From: Syntrophomonadaceae bacterium
GTDB lineage: Bacteria > Bacillota > Dethiobacteria > DTU022 > UBA8154
Direction: 5' to 3'
Assembly: GCA_007135125.1 (NCBI GenBank)
Contig: SLJK01000132.1
Span: forward strand, 1 to 50,609
Length of the DNA stretch: 50,609 bases
Part shown: positions 47,147-50,609 of the stretch, piece after piece
Position numbering within the stretch: the stretch's first letter is position 1
Layout of the letters: each line of letters starts with the position of its first letter
Notes under the pieces: model-generated
Database searches by the model: none
What the model saw: the letters and a program-made list of their open reading frames with translations, nothing else
Told to the model about the DNA's origin: nothing
Translations under genes and position numbers: made by a program

Positions 47147-48148
47147 TCAGCCGCCAATCTGTGTCATTGTGCGTTTTCCTTTAAACTGTTTCATTCTGTT
47201 GTATGAATCGCAGGAAACCCCTTCGGGATCTGGTTTTATTATTAGTGCTTCCACGAATTTTTTCTTTAGCTTTTCTGTGTCATCAAGATAAGGGCGCAGA
47301 TCAACCTCCTCCTCCGAAAATAAGCACGGCTTTAACCTGCCATCAGAGGTTACTCGCAAACGATTGCAGCGATCACAAAAATGCCTGCTCAGGGGAGATA
47401 TCAAACCTATCTTGCCCACAGCATTTTGTAAGCGGTAGTATCGTGCTGGCCCACCTCCATGGTCACCCTCAACAGAAATCAATGGTGCTATTTTGGCAGC
47501 TTCCTCTACGACCCTGTCCAAGGGAAGAAAAAGATCTCCCCAAGAATCCTGTTCTGATACAGGCATGTACTCGATAAAACGCACATCTAACTCCTGATTC
47601 TGGGTCAGCTTAATAAAGCTTGCTATTTCGTGTTCATTTATTCCTTTTAATAAAACCATGTTTATTTTTACAGGGGTGAGTCCCGCTTCCAGAGATTTTT
47701 GAATACCACTTAAGGTACTGGATAGCTTCCCGCCGTTTGTTATTTTTTTGAAATTCGCTTCTTCCAACGAATCAAGACTAATATTAACCCTGGTAAGACC
47801 TGCATCCGCCAGTTTAAAAGCAAGTTTATCTAAAAGCATCCCATTTGTGGTAAGAGATAAATCGGTAATTTCTTTAAGGCTGGTCAGCCACCTTACAATA
47901 TCCAGAATATCAGGCCGCAGCAATGGTTCTCCTCCTGTCAAGCGGACCCTGCTCATGCCCAACTCTACTGCAGCCTTAACAACAGCATATATTTCTTCTA
48001 CTTGTAACAGTTCTTCCTTTACGGTCTCCGCACCACATGTTTCGGGGCTGGAACGACAGTAGAAGCAGCTCAAATTACAGTTTTCAGTGACAGAAAGCCT
48101 GAGATAATTAACCTCTCTTCCGTATACATCGACTAAACTGTTTGACAT
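47147..48148 (-). CDS. moaA: GTP 3',8-cyclase MoaA
   Basis: YLRLSVTENCNLSCFYC, LTGGEPLLR, RFIEYMP, FCDRCNRLR...LKPCL, C-terminal QIGG. Confidence 0.96.
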   Translation of the reverse strand: MSNSLVDVYGREVNYLRLSVTENCNLSCFYCRSSPETCGAETVKEELLQVEEIYAVVKAAVELGMSRVRLTGGEPLLRPDILDIVRWLTSLKEITDLSLTTNGMLLDKLAFKLADAGLTRVNISLDSLEEANFKKITNGGKLSSTLSGIQKSLEAGLTPVKINMVLLKGINEHEIASFIKLTQNQELDVRFIEYMPVSEQDSWGDLFLPLDRVVEEAAKIAPLISVEGDHGGGPARYYRLQNAVGKIGLISPLSRHFCDRCNRLRVTSDGRLKPCLFSEEEVDLRPYLDDTEKLKKKFVEALIIKPDPEGVSCDSYNRMKQFKGKRTMTQIGG

Positions 48149-48193
48149 CCAAAGCCCTCCCCGTTACCCTGTTTAGTTATGTCATTAATGGTT

Positions 48194-48823
48194 TTAATAT
48201 TCATCGTTATTTATCCACTGCCTAGCTTCCAGGTAGGCTTCCCTGGTATTTATATTATGAAATGATAATAAATGGGGATCAAAAAAACGCACAATTTCCT
48301 CTGTAATTATTTTCTTATTAAAATGAGGATATAAGGCTACAATTTTAAATTTTTTTTCTTTTAGCGATGGGGTAATAACTTGCAGCGCGCTCTTATTATA
48401 AAAGGCAAATAACGGTTGATAATGTCCCTGCACTTTTGGGGAAACTACATCATAATCCGGTGCGTAAGTAGACATATGTTTTATTAAAGACATAGAAATA
48501 AAGGGCATGTCACAACCTACTACAAAACTGGCATCACAAGAAGAAACAAAGACACCCGCATGAATCCCTCGCATAGCATTTTTATCCTCACCACATAAGA
48601 TATCGCCTGTTATTGTAGCCTCTTTAAGATAAGCAAAGTCCTCAAACCGGTCTGTTACGATTATTACTTCCTGAAAAAGATTATTGAGTTTATCAAACAC
48701 CAGCTCAACCAGAGGTTTCCCCTTTAATCTTAAAAAAGCTTTACTCTCTCCCATGCGTTTACTGTCGCCGCCTGCCAGAATAACAGCCGATAGGGGTATT
48801 TTTGTTGCAGGCATTCTCCACAA
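48194..48823 (-). CDS. mobA: Molybdenum cofactor guanylyltransferase MobA
   Basis: VILAGGDSKRMG..KA, GCDMPF, QPLFAFY, FHNINT; ATG at 48814 is an alternative start. Confidence 0.92.
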   Translation of the reverse strand: MWRMPATKIPLSAVILAGGDSKRMGESKAFLRLKGKPLVELVFDKLNNLFQEVIIVTDRFEDFAYLKEATITGDILCGEDKNAMRGIHAGVFVSSCDASFVVGCDMPFISMSLIKHMSTYAPDYDVVSPKVQGHYQPLFAFYNKSALQVITPSLKEKKFKIVALYPHFNKKIITEEIVRFFDPHLLSFHNINTREAYLEARQWINNDEY

Positions 48824-48908
48824 CCTTCCCTTCTACCACACAAGCATTGGCCACAAGCGGTCTTTTAAAAAATAAGCTTCTAACTTAAAATAGCGGATAT
48901 CAGTTACC

Positions 48909-49649
48909 TCATGCCTCTTCAGCTCGGATCCTTCTTTTTTCAGTAAATCGAACTAATAAAACTCCTATTTCGTAAAGAAGGATCAGTGGCCCGACCATCA
49001 AAATTTGAGAAAAGATATCCGGTGGAGTAATAAGGGAAGACATTATGGCAATAATGAGTATAGCATATTTGCGGTTCTTTTTCATAAATGCAGATGATAC
49101 CAGGCCAAGGCGCCCCAAAAACCATGCAATCAAAGGTATCTGGAAGACCAATCCAAAGGCTAATAGAAAAGAAACCACGAAAGAAATATATCCGCTAATA
49201 GTGAAAAGTGGCGCAAGGCCTTCAGTTTCAAAACCCAGGAAAAAGTGCAGGGCATAAGGAAACACAACAAAATAACTAAATCCTACTCCCAAGGCAAATA
49301 ACAGGATCATGAATATTACCAACGGAATGAGCGCTTTTTTTTCCGTATCACGCAGCGCAGGCAAGATAAAAAGCAGCACCTGATAAATAGTAAAAGGAAG
49401 AGTAGCAAATATTCCTGTGATAAAGGAGAGTCGAATTTGTGCCATAAAAGCTTCAGCTGGAGTAGTATAGATAAGATCCATATCTTTTGCAGGTAAAGTT
49501 ATAAAATGCAGAATATCCTGTATGAAAATAAAAGCGACAGCGGTTCCAACTATCACTACTATCGCAATGTAGATAAGCCTTCTTCGCAATTCGTCCAGAT
49601 GATCAAAAAAAGACAAATCTACAGGTTGTTTACCTTTCCTGGAAGCCAT
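48909..49649 (-). CDS. tatC: Twin-arginine translocase subunit TatC
   Basis: HLDELRRRL, PAEAF, FILPAL, FGLVFQIP, ITPPD...LYEIG. Confidence 0.96.
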   Translation of the reverse strand: MASRKGKQPVDLSFFDHLDELRRRLIYIAIVVIVGTAVAFIFIQDILHFITLPAKDMDLIYTTPAEAFMAQIRLSFITGIFATLPFTIYQVLLFILPALRDTEKKALIPLVIFMILLFALGVGFSYFVVFPYALHFFLGFETEGLAPLFTISGYISFVVSFLLAFGLVFQIPLIAWFLGRLGLVSSAFMKKNRKYAILIIAIMSSLITPPDIFSQILMVGPLILLYEIGVLLVRFTEKRRIRAEEA

Positions 49650-49797
49650 GTTTGACCTCGCTTTCTTCTCATTCTATTCTGTATCAAAGCTACATGGCAG
49701 CAATTATTATTATTTAGCATAGAAGCTACATGATGCACGTAAGCAAGGCCTTATAATAGCCCGTTTATATTATAAGCGCGAGGTATAAGCTTAACAA

Positions 49798-49989
49798 TTA
49801 ATCCTTAGCTTCTTGTTCTTCCTCGCTGCTCTTTTCCTCGTCTTTGCCGCTCAAAGAATTTTTATAATTTTTAATGGTCTCGCCAACGGCTCTACTTAAA
49901 CCGGGCAATTTCCCGGGTCCAAATATCAAAAGGATAATCCCCAATATTAAAGCTACTTCCATCCAGCCGATCTTTCCTATAAAAGGCAT
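49798..49989 (-). CDS. tatA: TatA/E family subunit (short)
   Basis: IG..E...I....LLIFGPGKLP amphipathic helix. Confidence 0.9.
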   Translation of the reverse strand: MPFIGKIGWMEVALILGIILLIFGPGKLPGLSRAVGETIKNYKNSLSGKDEEKSSEEEQEAKD

Positions 49990-50053
49990 CCAAACTACCT
50001 CCCTCTACCTTCATTTTAAATAACGCATATTATTATAAACAGGTAATATCGTC

Positions 50054-50380
50054 CTATGCTTTCTCATCACTCTCGTCCGGTGAAACGTCTCCAAGATCGC
50101 TTTCAGCGGAAGCATAATCCGAAGTTCCGGCTTCAATATCTCCTTCAATTTCCTCTGCTGAACTTTCATCTTTATTTTTTTTCGCTTCTTTATTCTCACG
50201 TTCTTCTTCATAACTATCTTCCACGCTTACACTTTTCTTAACCTCGGAAGTAGCCTGACGAAATTCTCTCAGTCCTTTACCGATAGATTTACCTATTTCA
50301 GGTAGTTTCCGTGGACCAAAAATGATTAATGCAATAGCCAATATAAGAACCAATTCTGGCAAACCAATTTTCCCGAACAT
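50054..50380 (-). CDS. TatA/TatB family subunit (long acidic tail)
   Basis: IGLPELVLIL.IALIIFGPRKLPEIGKSIGKGLREFR. Confidence 0.9.
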   Translation of the reverse strand: MFGKIGLPELVLILAIALIIFGPRKLPEIGKSIGKGLREFRQATSEVKKSVSVEDSYEEERENKEAKKNKDESSAEEIEGDIEAGTSDYASAESDLGDVSPDESDEKA

Positions 50381-50511
50381 TAAATAACCTCCTCCGGTAA
50401 CATAAATATAATTTTTTTGTCTATTTTACTTGAATTGACAAACTGTACCCCTCGAAATTTTCATAACCCCACCTAGCCACTATGCTTTTCGTAACCCTGT
50501 AACCCTCTCTA

Positions 50512-50540
50512 ATTATCACCTTTTATGCTTCTTAAGTCAA
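50512..50540 (-). promoter_or_regulatory. sigma-A-like promoter of the tat operon
   Basis: TTGACT-N17-GATAAT. Confidence 0.55.
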
Positions 50541-50609
50541 CTATTAAATACAAGAAATTATTAATTATATAATAATAATTATCTTATAAAGATTATAAAT
50601 ACTTAAATT

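Noticed and set aside
49687-49732. 10-bp direct repeat AAGCTACATG twice between tatA and tatC
   Set aside because: Two copies only; no CRISPR-like spacer array, no cas genes and no recognised regulator motif
1-50609. tRNA, rRNA, CRISPR arrays, IS or prophage genes, in-frame selenocysteine TGA
   Set aside because: None recognised by eye; no split ORFs needing readthrough. tRNAscan-SE and Infernal would be needed to exclude small RNAs formally

Overview
A mostly core-genome segment of an anaerobic Bacillota (clostridia-like) chromosome. About 52 of 53 supported genes lie on the minus strand; the only plus-strand gene is a DUF134 regulator-like ORF. In transcription order (high to low coordinates): tatA/B-tatA-tatC, mobA-moaA-MOSC, yebC-ruvC-ruvA-ruvB-queH-DUF2905-SpoIID/LytB-queA-tgt-yajC, a SCIFF ranthipeptide pair (the 51-aa precursor is missing from the ORF track), rarA-yigZ-mnmA-alaS-ireB-AKR/4Fe-4S-ruvX-DUF1292-mltG-apgM-addB-addA, a small accessory block (orphan radical SAM, DUF134, MrfA/YprA-type DUF1998 helicase, SEC-C protein), yqeG, a rearranged type IV pilus cluster interrupted by fbaB, then pepP-efp-CD1247-like-asp23. 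I found no tRNA, rRNA, CRISPR array, transposase or integrase. I cannot claim a clearly new system. The strongest leads are: (1) a pilin at the major-pilin position lacking its signal peptide and membrane helix, either decay or a pilS-like silent cassette; (2) repeated sigma-H-like promoters across the pilus cluster; (3) the variant SCIFF precursor; (4) the MrfA-without-MrfB accessory block; (5) synteny gaps where spoIIIA, aro genes, iscS and the alaS T-box usually sit. Family calls come from motif recognition, not database searches.
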